Origin: Podarcis liolepis
Lineage: Eukaryota
Assembly: GCA_965112155.1 (NCBI GenBank)
Contig: OZ218101.1
Direction: 5' to 3' (one strand)
DNA: 64,000 bases
Position 1 is the stretch's first letter. Every line of letters begins with the position of its first letter. Under the pieces are notes generated by a model that was not told the origin of the DNA, did not search any database, and saw only the letters and a list, made by a program, of their open reading frames with translations. The position numbers and the translations under genes are program-made. Shown piece by piece: positions 12,080-24,623 of the stretch.

Positions 12080-15000
12080 TGCTTTTCTAACAACATGATT
12101 TTTAAACGCTTTATGTGCTTTTACCTTATTGTATCACAAATATGCATGCCAACCAAATGCATTATTGAAACCTTCTAAATCCAGCACTTCAGTGTTTTCA
12201 AGAAGCAACCTTTCTCTCAGCCTGACTTACACCCCTTTGGACACCAGTCCACAAAAACTGAGTCATACCCATTCAGCTGCAAGCCATCAAGTATATGATA
12301 TTCAAGTACTGTACATGCATGTGGAAATATGAGAGCTTTAGATTTTGTCTCGCTGATAGCCTATTGTCTTCTGGCGCTGCACTTTACTGATGCTGTTGTT
12401 GTTACCGTGCTGATAATTGCTGTGCCGAAATCTGCCCTCTAGGTTCTTGAACCTGTATTCCTCTTTTAGACAAGATTCCATTTTACTGCTCCTTCTCAGG
12501 GCACTTGAGAATTACTTCAGAATTTCAATTTGTGTGTGGCTTTGAGCTGATTGAGATGACAAGTAGAATAAAAGAAAGGATCCTCGCAAACACTCCTCAG
12601 GCGCCTTGGAAATAAGGTATGCACATTTAAAAAAACCCCTGCACAGCACCCATCACAATTTATTCTAAATTTTACCTCTCAGCTTTGAGCCATTATGAAT
12701 GCAATTTCTTTTTTCATTAATTAATAGGCAGAAGTTGAAAAAATGCAGATTTTTTTTGGCACAGCACCACTTGTTTTTATTTGGCCTGGCTGGGTGGAAG
12801 CCTGCCAGGCTTGAGAGTCACAGCCACCCATGGCGGGGACAGTGATGGTTTGTGGTGGCTCCTCCTTCCTTCTTCTCTTTCTGCTACTGCTGCTTTTATT
12901 CTACCGGCCAGCTGGCCTGGCTCCCTCCTTCCGACCCAGCACAAGACTGTTCTCTCTTTCCCCCCACCCTGCCTTTTCTGATTCCTAGGAGTAGCAGCAC
13001 AAGAAGCAGAGGAGGATGAGACGTCAGTCTCAGCTGGCAGTTCTCTCTTCCTCCCACTTCTTCCAACATGAAGTCATTTCTGGCTAGCGTACTTCAACAA
13101 AGATAAGAATTTGGGACTGCATGAGAAAGCGAGAAGCTATCATGGCTTAAGGGTTTTCGTGACGGTGCTGGCATTTTCAGAAGAGTTGGAGACTGCATAC
13201 ACCAAGTAAACATTTGTACATGACTTCAAGTCTTCGGTAGTTTTAAAAAGATTGGTTTTGATTAGTTTAATGCATTACAGACAAACTTCAATTATCCTAA
13301 TGTAATGGGAATGCAGGCGAAATGAGAATTTAGATTATTGAGGAAGTTTAAAATCCTTGATATATTTGAAGAGGGACATGACCTCATTTGGGACAAATGC
13401 AATTTTAGGTAATTGGGTTTTAACAGTATGTCTATAAAGACACAGATCACTCTTGTTATGGGAAAACTCAGGATCATACTGTGCTCACTGGGGCTTTCTA
13501 ACATCTAATGCCTGTATTGCTACTACACAATAGGTAACAAAAACAACAAAAACATCTGCGGAAAGATGGGCTGCCTCCTCTTTTTTCAGTTCCAGCTGGT
13601 TATTACAAGAATCCCATAAACAAGGAACAGTGCCATTTCTGTTCAAACCTAAGTCTTACTGAATTCAGTGAGGCTTACTCTCAGGTAAGTAGGGTTAGAA
13701 CAGCAGCCATTCCAGCCCTGTCATCCTTCCCAATCCTTTTTCCTTTTTTTGTTGTGTCTTTTAGATTGTAAACCTGAGGACAGGGACTGTGTTATCGCTG
13801 ACATTTGTTAGCTGCTATGGAAGCATTTTTTTGAGTGAAGAGTAGAATAAAAACATTTTAAATTATTAAATAAATGTTTGAGACCTTTGTTTTCTTCAGT
13901 GCTTTGTAGGGATTGTTAGGCTGCTCCTGCTCCTCATTAAAATGGATTTTCTCTCTCTGTTGTTGTTTTGTATGGGTGCTTCTGCTGCTCAAGAAGAGCA
14001 GAAAGTGAAGGTTCGAGGTTTCTAATGGCACACTTGCTAATGGTACATCTGTACACAGGTAGATAAATAAACCCAGGGGTTTCAAGTGTGTGTGCGCACA
14101 CATATATACATGCACACAAGTGAATGGGAAGTACCCAACTATACTGTTTTCAAAAACTTCAGATAAATTCCCTGTTCTGTCCCAACAGCCATTTTGTCTT
14201 CTGTATTCTCATTCTTGAACACGTCCACATTTATGCTAGGCATCCTCAAAGGTGTTTAAACTTGAGATACATTTTCTACACAGCTGGATTATAACCTTCA
14301 CAGAAACAAGGAAATGGTTGGTGCCTATATCATTTCAAGGTCTGTGCCCTTGTTTATTTAGTGTTGTAATAGTTCATGCTGCTGATATGCCTTGAGGCCA
14401 GACTGGTTTTGTTAACAGGATTATGCTCTAGCAATTGATTTTCTTTCAATGAGTAAATAATGAACTAATTTTAGCTTGTCTGCTTCCTAATCAAAAATAG
14501 CTGTTTTATTCTGCCACACAGTGAACTGCATATTCTTATCGTTCAATGAGTTGCACATAAACTATTAGATAAAATACCTCTGCCAGCAGAAATTTCCTTC
14601 AAGAGTCACCTGTCCCCCATTCTGTTACTCACATATATAATGTCAATAAACCCTCTAGGGTGTATTTTTGATGAAGGTCATACAAAGCTGATGCTTCCAG
14701 TCTGATAGTAAATTAGTATGGCTGTAACATCAGGTGGTGTCTGCTGTTGGTGACCTTAAATTCAGTATTTCTTTTTTTATTTCCCATGTGTAGAAGGAAA
14801 TGACAAAAAAATCTTTTCTTTTTTTAAAGCAAACTATCTGGCAGCAACAGTGTAATATTTCCTTCGAATGTGTATAATATAACTGTTTTGCTAGCATGCT
14901 AAGAACAAAACTTTGATGACAACATATCATAAATTAGCTTGAGATAGATTCATTTGCTCTAGTTATTTATTACATTTTATATACCCTTCCTCCACAAAGA

Positions 15001-16917
15001 TTAGGTAGCCGTACATGTTTCTTCTTTTTATCCTCAAAACAAATCTGTGTCAATATCATAGGTTAGGCTGAGAGAGAGGGCGGCTTAAGTCAACAAATAA
15101 GCTTTGTGATTGTGTAGGGATTTGAACCCTATTCCTATCCGACACCCTTGGCCTGATGGGACCTATAGTCCAAAGCATCTGGAAGACACCAGGTTGAGGA
15201 ATGCTGGTCTAATCACTACACATCTACATAAGTGTTACATGGATTCACTATCTTTTTCTAGTGTATCATACTTGAAAGGCTTATCTATTGAGTCAGGGTG
15301 CATGCCATAGTTTATTTATCCAAATAATAAAGGACCCAGGCGAGAGAAAGGGTTAAACTTGTTTTACCAGTGAAGATGTAGAGAAAAGTGAGCACTCCTT
15401 TAGCTTACTTGGCTTTATATAGCAAGTTGGTTAAGGATACTGTGATTCATACACTAGCTAGCTCAGTTCTTCAAGTACAGTATTCAACACTATTGGAAAA
15501 TGATGAGTGCGTGTAACAGCTGCACTAGCAGTGTGGTCGTGGTTTAAACAGCAGAGTTGAAATCCCCATTCAGCCTTTTCAGAAGCCTATTGAAAGAGAA
15601 ACACTGCAGTTCTGTTTGAACATCATGCTAATCCGTGGTTTCACAAGACATGCACAGTAGAAAGGAGCTATGATTCCTGGGGTGGACAGCACAAGCCAAC
15701 TTTAAGGGAAACTGAAAATAAAAGCTGCTGAAGTGCTCAAAGAGGTGCGTTAAAGGGGAGGGGTGGGAGAGAGAAAGCATGCAAGATCGAGGCTGGGATT
15801 CACATAACATACCCTGTTTGCGGAAGCACTGCACAAGAGATGTTGCTTTTGCAGTGGTTTTTTCTCCCCTCTCTCCTCCCTCATGTGCCCCCCTAAATTG
15901 GCTCAGAAGGTTGGGTGAACCCCCAGAACACCATGCAGGGGGATGGAAGGGGAGACCATTTGATCTGGCAAGCTGGCAAGTTTGTAATGTTGCAACATCG
16001 AATTCCACCCTGAGACCCATGGTTTATCGTGACATGCAAAAATGGTGAATAACATCTCTTCAAGGACCTAAAGACTAAAGGCCAAACTAGGTGGGGCATT
16101 GATTGCATGAATGCATTTTAACACATGTTGACATGAATGCTATAAACATGCTGTTTTTAAAAAACGAAAAGCTACAGAGCGGCCCAAGTAGCAGTAGGAC
16201 TGTAGGAGATGGGAAAGGGAGAATTTCACCCTTTTGCCTCCACTGTGGCTCTGTTGAAAATCACTTCCCTGAAGCATCAACTGGGGGATTCCTTCCTGCT
16301 ATGAATAGCGGCTTCAGAGGACAGCTTTTGCCATCACCTCAGCAGAAGCAGGGATAATGAGAGTCTCGCATCCCCTGCGGTTCCACTGTTGCTTTAGCAC
16401 ACCTGCAGCTCTTTACATTAAAAATAAATAAATAAATGTGCAATGAGGATCACATCTAATTTGACCCAAAGGGTGCAAGTCAACAAATCAGATCAAAACA
16501 GGAGTTTACAATAGTATTTTGCACCACAGGCAGAGCTTGTCTTCCTTCAACCACACCTCTGAAATGAGTTAAGCAGCAGTTCTCTTCTCTGGCTTGCCAG
16601 CTCAGCTGCCTTTACATTTTTTAAGCATTGTTTTTAGAGTTAAGCAATCAAAAATACTTTGGTCCATTTTATTTTTAAAAAAGTTTTTTTAAAAAAAAAG
16701 TTATTAAAACGGTTCAATGAAGGAAAGAGGACTATGTGATCAAACTGGCAGTTGCTGCATCAGTGTTGCATGCAAGCAGTTTTTCTAATAAATCTGTAGA
16801 ACCAGTTTCCCTTGTGATCACCACTGGAGAGGCGTTGCTCCTTCTGACATGAATGCTCCCAAAGCACAGCATTCTTATATTGCAGCCCTGCTCACTAGGA
16901 AATAAGCCCCATTAAGC

Positions 16918-17249
16918 CGGTGGTGCTGTGGTCTAAACTACTGAGCCTAGGACTTGCCAATCATAAGGTCGGCGGTTCGAATCCCTGCGACGGGATGAGC
17001 TCCCGTTGCTCGGTCCCTGCTCCTGCCAACCTAGTAATTCGAAAGCACGTCAAAGTGCAAGTAGATAAATAGGTACTGCTCCAGCGGCATTTCCGTGCGC
17101 TGCTCTGGTTCGCCAGAAGCGGCTTAGTCATGTTGGCCACATGACCCGGAAGCTGTACACTGGCTCCCTCGGCCAATAAAGCGAGATGAGCAACCCCAGA
17201 GTCGTTCATGACTGGACTTAACTGTCAGGTGTCCTTTACCTTTACCTTT
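16918..17249 (+). mobile_element. Sauria SINE
   Basis: Head GGTGGTGCTGTGGTCTAAAC, B box GGTTCGAATCCC, tail CCTTTACCTTTACCTTTA; probable TSD TTAAGCC; inserted into a Harbinger-like palindromic MITE. Confidence 0.95.
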
Positions 17250-17413
17250 AAGCCCAGTGTAAAAGTGCATAGGATCAGAGTAAAAGTGCATAGGATCAGC
17301 CTACACTGGAGCAGTACATCCCTCATAATTATATAATTTGAGAGATCAAAGTGGATCTACTGTGAGGGGAGGGAGACTCTAAGAATCCTGCGGCATCTTC
17401 TTTTCATTACAAC

Positions 17414-17557
17414 CAGTGTTTTTCTTGTGGGAAAAAGGTGCCAGTACTCACCATGAAGTTGTTACAATAAGTGTCATACTTTTAACCAGTGCTTTTCTTC
17501 AAGAAAAAAAGATGTTGGTACTGCATCCCCTTGAGTATCCCCAGAAAAAAAGCACTG
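17414..17557. mobile_element. hAT MITE
   Basis: TIR CAGTGTTTTT / AAAAAGCACTG; 8-bp TSD ATTACAAC at 17406-17413 and 17558-17565. Confidence 0.9.
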
Positions 17558-18181
17558 ATTACAACAAGCTGCACAACAATTGTTTCAATTAATTTCTTCC
17601 CTTGATTTCAACACAAATTATACATGGCTCGTTTTCCCTGACTAAAGCTTTGCCACAGTTCTTAATTAATTACAGTGCCCTGCTTATCATTGCGGTGGGA
17701 TTAAGGAAAAGATAAAAATGAGATTTTTGTGTTTACTAATCAGATTGCGAAGAAAAATGAATGCAAAGCACTTATTGCTTCCTATAGTTTCCTTTCTGGC
17801 TAGGAGGGAAAACTGAGCAAATATGTTTACACCATCGGTTTTGGGTTTTCTCTGATTTCTATGTGATGTTGACTTGGGAAATGAAAGTATCTTTTCTAAT
17901 TTTATCAGAGGGTTCAGAGTCATCCAGTCTGTGTGGCTGAATCTGTAATGTCTCAACTACTCCTACACCCCTGCATAGTAGTGTTTTTTAAAAAAGGAAT
18001 ACTAATTAAAAAGCTTACCACAATTTTCTTACCTTTTCTTGCCTTGGTTTGTATTTTTCTGTCATAGCATAAACCTATTTAAACTGTTAAGCACCTCCAG
18101 GCACCAATTGATCTTGCACAAAAATCCAGAATTTGATAGATTAAGTAATCATTCTGCCATCCATGCACATGACCTTACCCT

Positions 18182-18278
18182 ACATAAGAAGATCCTGCTG
18201 GATCAGGCCAGTAGCCCGTCTAGTCCAGTATCCTGTTCTCATAGCGGCCAGCAAGATGCCTGCAGGAAACCTGCTAGC
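18182..18278 (-). mobile_element. CR1-type 3' tail fragment
   Basis: ACATAAGAAGATCCTGCTGGATCAGGCC...CTAGTCCAGTATCCTG; the opposite orientation of the same tail lies at ~35690-35902. Confidence 0.65.
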
Positions 18279-18674
18279 AATTCTCCTGCTAAATAGGTTT
18301 GGAAAGAAGACATTCAAATATTCCATCTCTCACCTGAGCTATATTATTTTTATCCACAATACAATCAAGAAAATGTTGTGATCCTCAGAACTTTGCAGTA
18401 ACTTTGCTATTCATTTGTCTTAGGCAGTCAGTTGTTTGTATGATAAAAGTTCACCAATCTTTTATTTTGATACTGGAAGTACCACTGTGGAAAATGGTCA
18501 GAGAATGTGGCTTTCATTATGTATTCTAATGTTCTCATTTCATATATTTTAATTTCTCTAACAGAGAAATAATAGTGCATCCAGAATCATCAAATTGTAG
18601 GAAACTGGGCTATTTAATTCAGCAGCTGAAATTCTGCAAAATTCTGTCCTCAGAAATGATATTCCCACAAACTA

Positions 18675-18889
18675 CAGTTGTACCTTGGGTTACAAACATT
18701 TCGGGTTATAGACTCCGCTAACCCAGAAGTAGTACCTCGGGTTAAGAACTTTACCTCAGGATGAGAAGAGAAATCATGCAGCGGCAGCAGGAGGCCCCAT
18801 TAGTTACAGTGCTACCTCAGGTTAAGAACAGTTTCAGGTTAAGAACAGACCTCTGTAACGAATTAAGTTCGTAGCCCAAGGTACCACTG
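18675..18889. mobile_element. Tigger/pogo-like MITE, copy 2
   Basis: Same TIRs and internal sequence as 476-706; TA TSD. Confidence 0.9.
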
Positions 18890-19099
18890 TATTATGTTCT
18901 ATAAGATTAGTCATTTAATTGTTTCCATATTTATGTATCTCTTGCAACTTTAATGGGCACAAGGTGAATTAAAGTAATCATGTTTTCCCCCAGCAAGCAT
19001 AGCCAATGATCAGGAATGGTAACAGTTGCAGCCCAAAAGGTCTGGAGGTGAGCACCAGGTTGGAGAAGACTTCTTCAATTCTCCAACAAAGCAGGTGGA

Positions 19100-19231
19100 G
19101 AATAGGAGAGGTGGTCAGAGCGTGGTGCTGATAATGCCAAGGCTGTGGGTTTGAGCCCCGTATGGGCCAACTGCATATTTGTGCATTGCAGGCATCCTAT
19201 GGGTCCCTTCCAACTCTCTGTTATTCTATGA
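19100..19231 (+). mobile_element. tRNA(Ile)-derived SINE with CR1-type tail
   Basis: TGGTCAGAGCGTGGTGCTGATAATGCCAAGG...GGTTTGAGCCCC head; tail GGTCCCTTCCAACTCT...ATTCTATGA. Confidence 0.7.
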
Positions 19232-19809
19232 CAGGAAGCAAAAGGCACAAGGTTCACCAACCCTTGTTAGGAGCTCTCCTTGGTGCTGCAGCAACCAACC
19301 CTGAAGGAAACACTCCAAAAACAGGAAGTATCCAATGATGTGAACAACAACAAAAAGAAGTGTATTCCAAAGTTGCTAGAAAGGATTGGTTATTATTATT
19401 ATTATTAAATCTGCCCAAACTATTTTGGCCCAAGTGCTTATTTGTCAAGAGCTTAGTTGTTTCTTTCCAAACTGCTAAAATAATTCCATTTCAAAGACCT
19501 TGCAGGGACTTTTTGTTTGCAGCAACCAACCTGCCTTGCCCCCTTGCCATATGGGCTGTTCCACAAAAAGACCAGAACATTATAAATATGAGGAAGGTAG
19601 CTGCTGGATATTTTTCAGCAAGTCTACATTAGAGAGTCTTGAGCACCTAATCTGTGGCTTTAGGAATATATAAAAGTTCCCGCCCTCCCACATGCAGAAT
19701 GTTATTGTTAATGCCATGACAACATCTCCCATAGCAGCAGCTCTCAAACCTTTTGGGGTTGGTGGAGACATTTTAAATTGTGGGCACCAAATGGCTGCCA
19801 AGGGGGCAT

Positions 19810-20165
19810 AAAGGTAAAGGTAAAGGGACCCCTCACCATTAGGTCCAGTCGTGGCCAACTCTGGGGTTGCAGCGCTCATCTCGCTTTATTGGCCAAGGGA
19901 GCCGGCGTACAGCTTCCGGGTCATGTGGCCAGCATGACTAAGCCACTTCTGGCGAACCAGAGCAGTGCACGGAAACGCCGTTTACCTTCCCTCCAGAGTA
20001 CCTATTTATCTACTTGCACTTTGACATGCTTTTGAACTGCTAGGTTGGCAGGAGCAGGGACTAAGCAATGGGAGCTCACCCCATCGCGGGGATTCGAACC
20101 ACCGACCTTCTGGTCGGCAAGTCCTAGGCTCAGTGGTTTAACCCACAGCGCCGACCCGCGTCCCT
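19810..20165 (-). mobile_element. Sauria SINE, full length
   Basis: 12-bp TSD CCAAGGGGGCAT at 19798-19809 and 20166-20177; inserted in an older hAT-like MITE starting ~19735. Confidence 0.96.
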
Positions 20166-20281
20166 CCAAGGGGGCATGGCTAGTCACAAAGGACAAGTAT
20201 CATGCCCAAGAAACTGAGTGCAAGGCACAGCTGGGGTGTGAACCCAACAGTGCAAAACCATCATTTTTTCCCAACAGAATA

Positions 20282-20759
20282 CCGTATTTTTCGCCCCATA
20301 GGACGCACTTTTTCCCCTCCAAAAATGAAGGGGAAATGTGTGTGCGTCCTATGGGGTGAATGCAGGCTTTCGCTGAAGCCTGGAGAGCAAGAGGGGTCGG
20401 TGCGCACCGACCCCTCTCGCTCTCCAGGATTCGCGCAGATTTCCGCAAGCCATGGGAGCCCGCGCTGGGCTCCCACGGCTTGCGGAGAGTTGCCTGCATG
20501 CCGAAAGCTGGGCGCGCTGAGCTCAGCACACTCAGACTTCACATGGCTCTCCGCAAGGCGCGGGAGCCCAGCGCCAGGCTCCCACGGCTTGCAGAGAGTT
20601 GCCTGTTCTGGGGGCTGGGGTCGGGGGAAGCTCGGGCTTCCCCTGCCCCAGCCCCGCGCCTGGGGGGGGGGATAACATTTTTTCCCTTTATTCCCCCCCC
20701 AAAAAAAAAAACTAGGTGCACCTTATGGGACGGTGTGCCCTATAGGGCGAAAAATACGG
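20282..20759. mobile_element. Tigger/pogo-like MITE (CCGTATTTTT TIR), CpG-rich
   Basis: TA|CCGTATTTTTCGCCCCATAGG ... CCTATAGGGCGAAAAATACGG|TA; internal repeats GGCTCCCACGGCTTGC. Confidence 0.92.
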
Positions 20760-20871
20760 TACTGAGAAAGCAAGCCAGTTAATTCCAATGAATCAGATCT
20801 AAATTAACTCCCTCATCTTTATTTCAAGATGATTCCCTTAACAACCTCCCTGCCCTCACCCCACCACCACC

Positions 20872-20873
<2 letters not shown>

Positions 20874-20933
<60 letters not shown>

Positions 20934-20941
20934 TCACACAC
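20874..20941. repeat. Compound (CT)n(CA)n microsatellite
   Basis: Direct inspection; similar (CT)n(GT)n at 22890-22943, (AC)n at 25951-25979. Confidence 0.95.
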
Positions 20942-22842
20942 CTCATGTAGCACCACCTCTTCTCCTCCCCAATGATCTCAATCTCTTTTATTTCAGTCCT
21001 CATGGCACTTTTTTTTTTTTTTTGCTTTTCCTGCCCCAGTTCTGCCCTCTGGCCATGGCCCCATCTGTCCCTCTCTAAGGCACCATCCGGCTCATTTCCT
21101 GTCCTCCCTGCATGACTCTGGCTCTCCTCTTTTGTGTCCTCTTCCCATCTGCTCTCTAGCAAGTTAACAGCAAGCGGCCAGAAGAACAGCACAGAGAGGG
21201 TTTGTGTTGGTTTTTAAAAATATACCATCTGAGGCAGGGGGGTAGCTTAGTGGCCACCATGGCAGGCACCTCTGGTGATGATTTGACACCTAGGTACCAC
21301 ATTGCAGATCCCAGGCTTAAGGCAACACATGGCCAGAACCTTGTACTGCACAAATAATGGTAACAGCCTAGGATATTCACTGAGATGATGCGTCTTCATG
21401 ACAGCTAATTGCTGGATTTTTTTTTCTATACATGACCACACTGGAATGAAGTGAATTGTAAGAACTGAACAGAGAATTTTGTAGGGTGTCCACAGTTAAG
21501 GATGATGCAGTCTAAGTCCCTACATGTACATCTGTGGGAAGGAACCAAAGGAACAGACACACAATCCTTCTGAGTGTGTGTCTCTAAAAAGGAACAAAGG
21601 GGGACAGACTGCAATTAGGAGTTTTTTGAGTAAGACAAAAAAAAAGTCTTCTAGGAGAGCTGACTACTTTGAAGATCTGACATAGGATTGTGTCTTTGAC
21701 TGTGTCTTTGTGTGTTTAAGGTTCATTTCTACGTATGTTCAACCTATATATTTGTAAACAAATATTTCAAAATGCCATTAGTCACTAGTGATATCCTCCC
21801 AACCTGGGTAAGCAATTTGTCCCTGGAACATTTCACTGCTGGGAGTGAGCTCACAGCAATGCAGAAAGAGACTGACGCTGCTCTCAAGCATCTTATCTTA
21901 AGCATTTATTTACTGACGCTGACACTGTGTCTTATACAATAACGTTGGGAGTAAATTTCAAATGTATGCACGGTGTTGAAAATCAAGATGGGACACAGCT
22001 GAAGTTCACCACTTCCATCTACTTTTCTACAATAGCAATGTTGCAATGCATTCAGAGCACATTTGTTATGAAAATTACTTTCCCCTAAACCAACAATAAC
22101 ATGGATTATTAATACACCCAGAGCTCTGACCTTTATATTCATAAAATAATCATCAAGCAACTAAACCCCTAGCATTGTTTGGCTTCAGTCCAGAAAAACA
22201 GCTCCTTCACTTAATACACTTCTAATTGCTTCTGCAACCTAATCAACTCTGATAGTCACAACAATTAATCTGACTATGTCTCTTCAAGCAAATCTCCTGT
22301 CATTGTTTAAATGTACAAATCTTATTATTTGGGGGCAACCTTTCTGTTGTTGAAGAAGTAGACAGGAAAAAGGTTCAAAAAGGTGCCAGCTGACTATGGA
22401 CCTAATATATAGAATGGCTTATCCTTTTAAATAAATGTTAATGAAGCCTGAATTACATTACTTCCGTAGTGTGGTAATATAGTGTTGAGACTATCCTTGT
22501 CCAGGCTGGCCACGTAATTAAGCATCTGATTCATTGTGCCCAACTATCTAGTGAGGCAATGAGGTGAGTATCTTTTAAACTTCTGTCATAGCATGCAGAT
22601 CACTGAGCTGAACAGGAAACAAAGCAATAAAATAAGCTGGTTCAGTTTCACCATGTAATCAGTTTTGGGGAGGCTCAACATATCCTTCCTACATGAAACA
22701 GCAGGAGTCGGTGTGACTGCCAATATTTGTTCTCCTTCCACATGCTAACATCTGCCAATATATTGCTGTTGGGTTTTTTAAAAGTGCTTTTGTATAAAAA
22801 CATTCTTTAAAAAAAATTACCCCTAACTTGTGAAACATCTTG

Positions 22843-22885
22843 CAGGATGAAGAATTCTGGATAACTCAAAAGCTTGCCACATATT

Positions 22886-22886
<1 letters not shown>
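22843..22886 (+). mobile_element. Decayed Penelope-like terminal repeat with minimal hammerhead motif
   Basis: GGATGA-A-GAATT-CTGGAT-AACTC-AAAAGCTTGC resembles CTGATGA-stemII-GAAAGCTT of PLE minimal hammerheads, with core substitutions. Confidence 0.45.
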
Positions 22887-22937
<51 letters not shown>

Positions 22938-24485
22938 TGTGTGTCTGTGTCTCTCTCTGTGTATCACATTTCTATCCTACCCTTCCTCCCATTGCAGCGG
23001 AAAACACGGAAGTGCTAAAACAATACAATTAAATATAAAATAAGAACATATTTAAAACATTTGAATGTTGCTGTTGCTACCAAGGGCAGCCACATTCCTG
23101 CATGCTCATAAATTTGCACTAGATGTCAAGCTGCATGGCTGGGCCAACCTGCAGACACGAATGTGTGCAGCACATCCAGATGCACATCATTCTGTGCCAT
23201 CATCCAATGCTGCATTGACTGATCACCCAGTGCTTTATTATTAATTTTAGCACTTATACCCTGCCTTTCTATAACAAAATCAGGGCAGGTATTCAGATGA
23301 AAGTTCATACTCTTACTCCTCTCTGGATACAGGCTGATTATTGCATGTAGCTTCTCCATCTGTGTTGGCAATTGTAAAATAAAGGTGTGTCTTGACATGG
23401 CCTGTCTATCACATTTACTATCACCCATTCGTGGAATGGGCAGGTACATCCACGTAAGTTTAACATACAATCCTGAGCTTTAGAAACATCGAAAGGCTGC
23501 CAGGTCTCTCCCACCTCTGATATAAGAAACAGAATACAATGGATCAGGGGACCAATTCAGGTACTCCAACCCTGGGGACTAATGGGACCTGTTAATGCTG
23601 GGTTGGTATATATGTACATTATATATGCATATAGTGTGTTATATATTAAATATAATATATAATAATGTATTAAAGAAGTCTCATTGTATGTATCAGTGAT
23701 ACCAACATACTCCATAAGTGTGTGGCTTGGCTTTTCGATTCATGAAGGCAAATGTGTTATATAGACTTGTTTAATTCAGTGGCTAATTTTAGCCAGCTGA
23801 TTCTAATCAAATATATTTTCCTCTTTAGACTGCATAATACGAAGTCATTCATGAGATCTCAGCTTGATGGAAGGACAATGTGCAGTATACAGTGCAAGGA
23901 TGACAGGCCCTTCAATCTTCTCTGTCACATTCCTTGTAAATAATCTGGTCAAGGCTGTAGCCTATGTCTTATCTATAATATGATAAAAATGTGAACTGTG
24001 TTCAGCTGCATTTCAACTACACAATGCACTTGCTTAGCCAGCCATAGGTTCTCCCAAAGGTGAAAACTATAACACTTTTCTTACATTTGTAACTATTATG
24101 CATTCCTTTGATCTTAGGCTCCTTTTATCTTAAACATAAATTGTTGTTTCTCATGTTAAGATATTGACTGTATTCATATTATACCAAAGTTTTACTATTA
24201 TATATAAAACACTTGCTTTTTAATGGAAGGTTGTGTGGTGACATTTGGTGAATGCAAATGCAAGCTGGCCTTGATTTTGTCCCTGACCTCCTTGACACTG
24301 TGACTTAACAAGTAATATGGAGTGAGGGGGAGAGGGGCAAAGTGAACAATGGGAAGAGTAAATCTTTGAACTAAATGCAATGATAAGGAGTTAAATTGGT
24401 CCTGTGTGTTGAACACTGGACTTGGACATGGATGTCCTGGGTTCAAATTTGAATTGCAGGGCCTGGATGCCACAGCTTCTATAAG

Positions 24486-24623
24486 CAGTGCTTTTTCCGG
24501 GGGGTGGGGGCACATGCCCCTAAATATTTTGTGAATCTAAGTTTGGCCTCATTGAGAGGCAGTATTTCAATATGAGTAGGGAAATGAGAGTACCCCTAAA
24601 CATTGTTAAAGAAAAAAGTCCTG
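24486..24623. mobile_element. hAT MITE
   Basis: TIR CAGTGCTTTTT / AAAAAGTCCTG; 8-bp TSD TCTATAAG at 24478-24485 and 24624-24631. Confidence 0.9.

Larger units (their letters stand above)
10695..12222 (-). mobile_element. 5'-truncated L1 LINE (ORF2 C-terminus + 3' UTR)
   Basis: 319-aa ORF 11120-12079 with CCHC knuckle KCWKCNETEGTFFHLWWTC and L1-type C-terminus (YWKTQDLPTREEW, EEDWKKFKDYL); AATAAA and A-rich tail; 17-bp TSD TGACTTACACCCCTTTG at 10678-10694 and 12223-12239. Confidence 0.96.

Noticed and set aside
13952-14035. Signal-peptide-like ORF MDFLSLLLFCMGASAAQEEQKVKVRGF
   Set aside because: Stops after 27 codons with no convincing donor or homologue.
17259-17299. Short tandem duplication GTAAAAGTGCATAGGATCAG
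   Set aside because: Ordinary slippage duplication inside a MITE.
20045-20782. Cluster of 90-157 aa ORFs on both strands
   Set aside because: All lie in a SINE and a GC-rich MITE.
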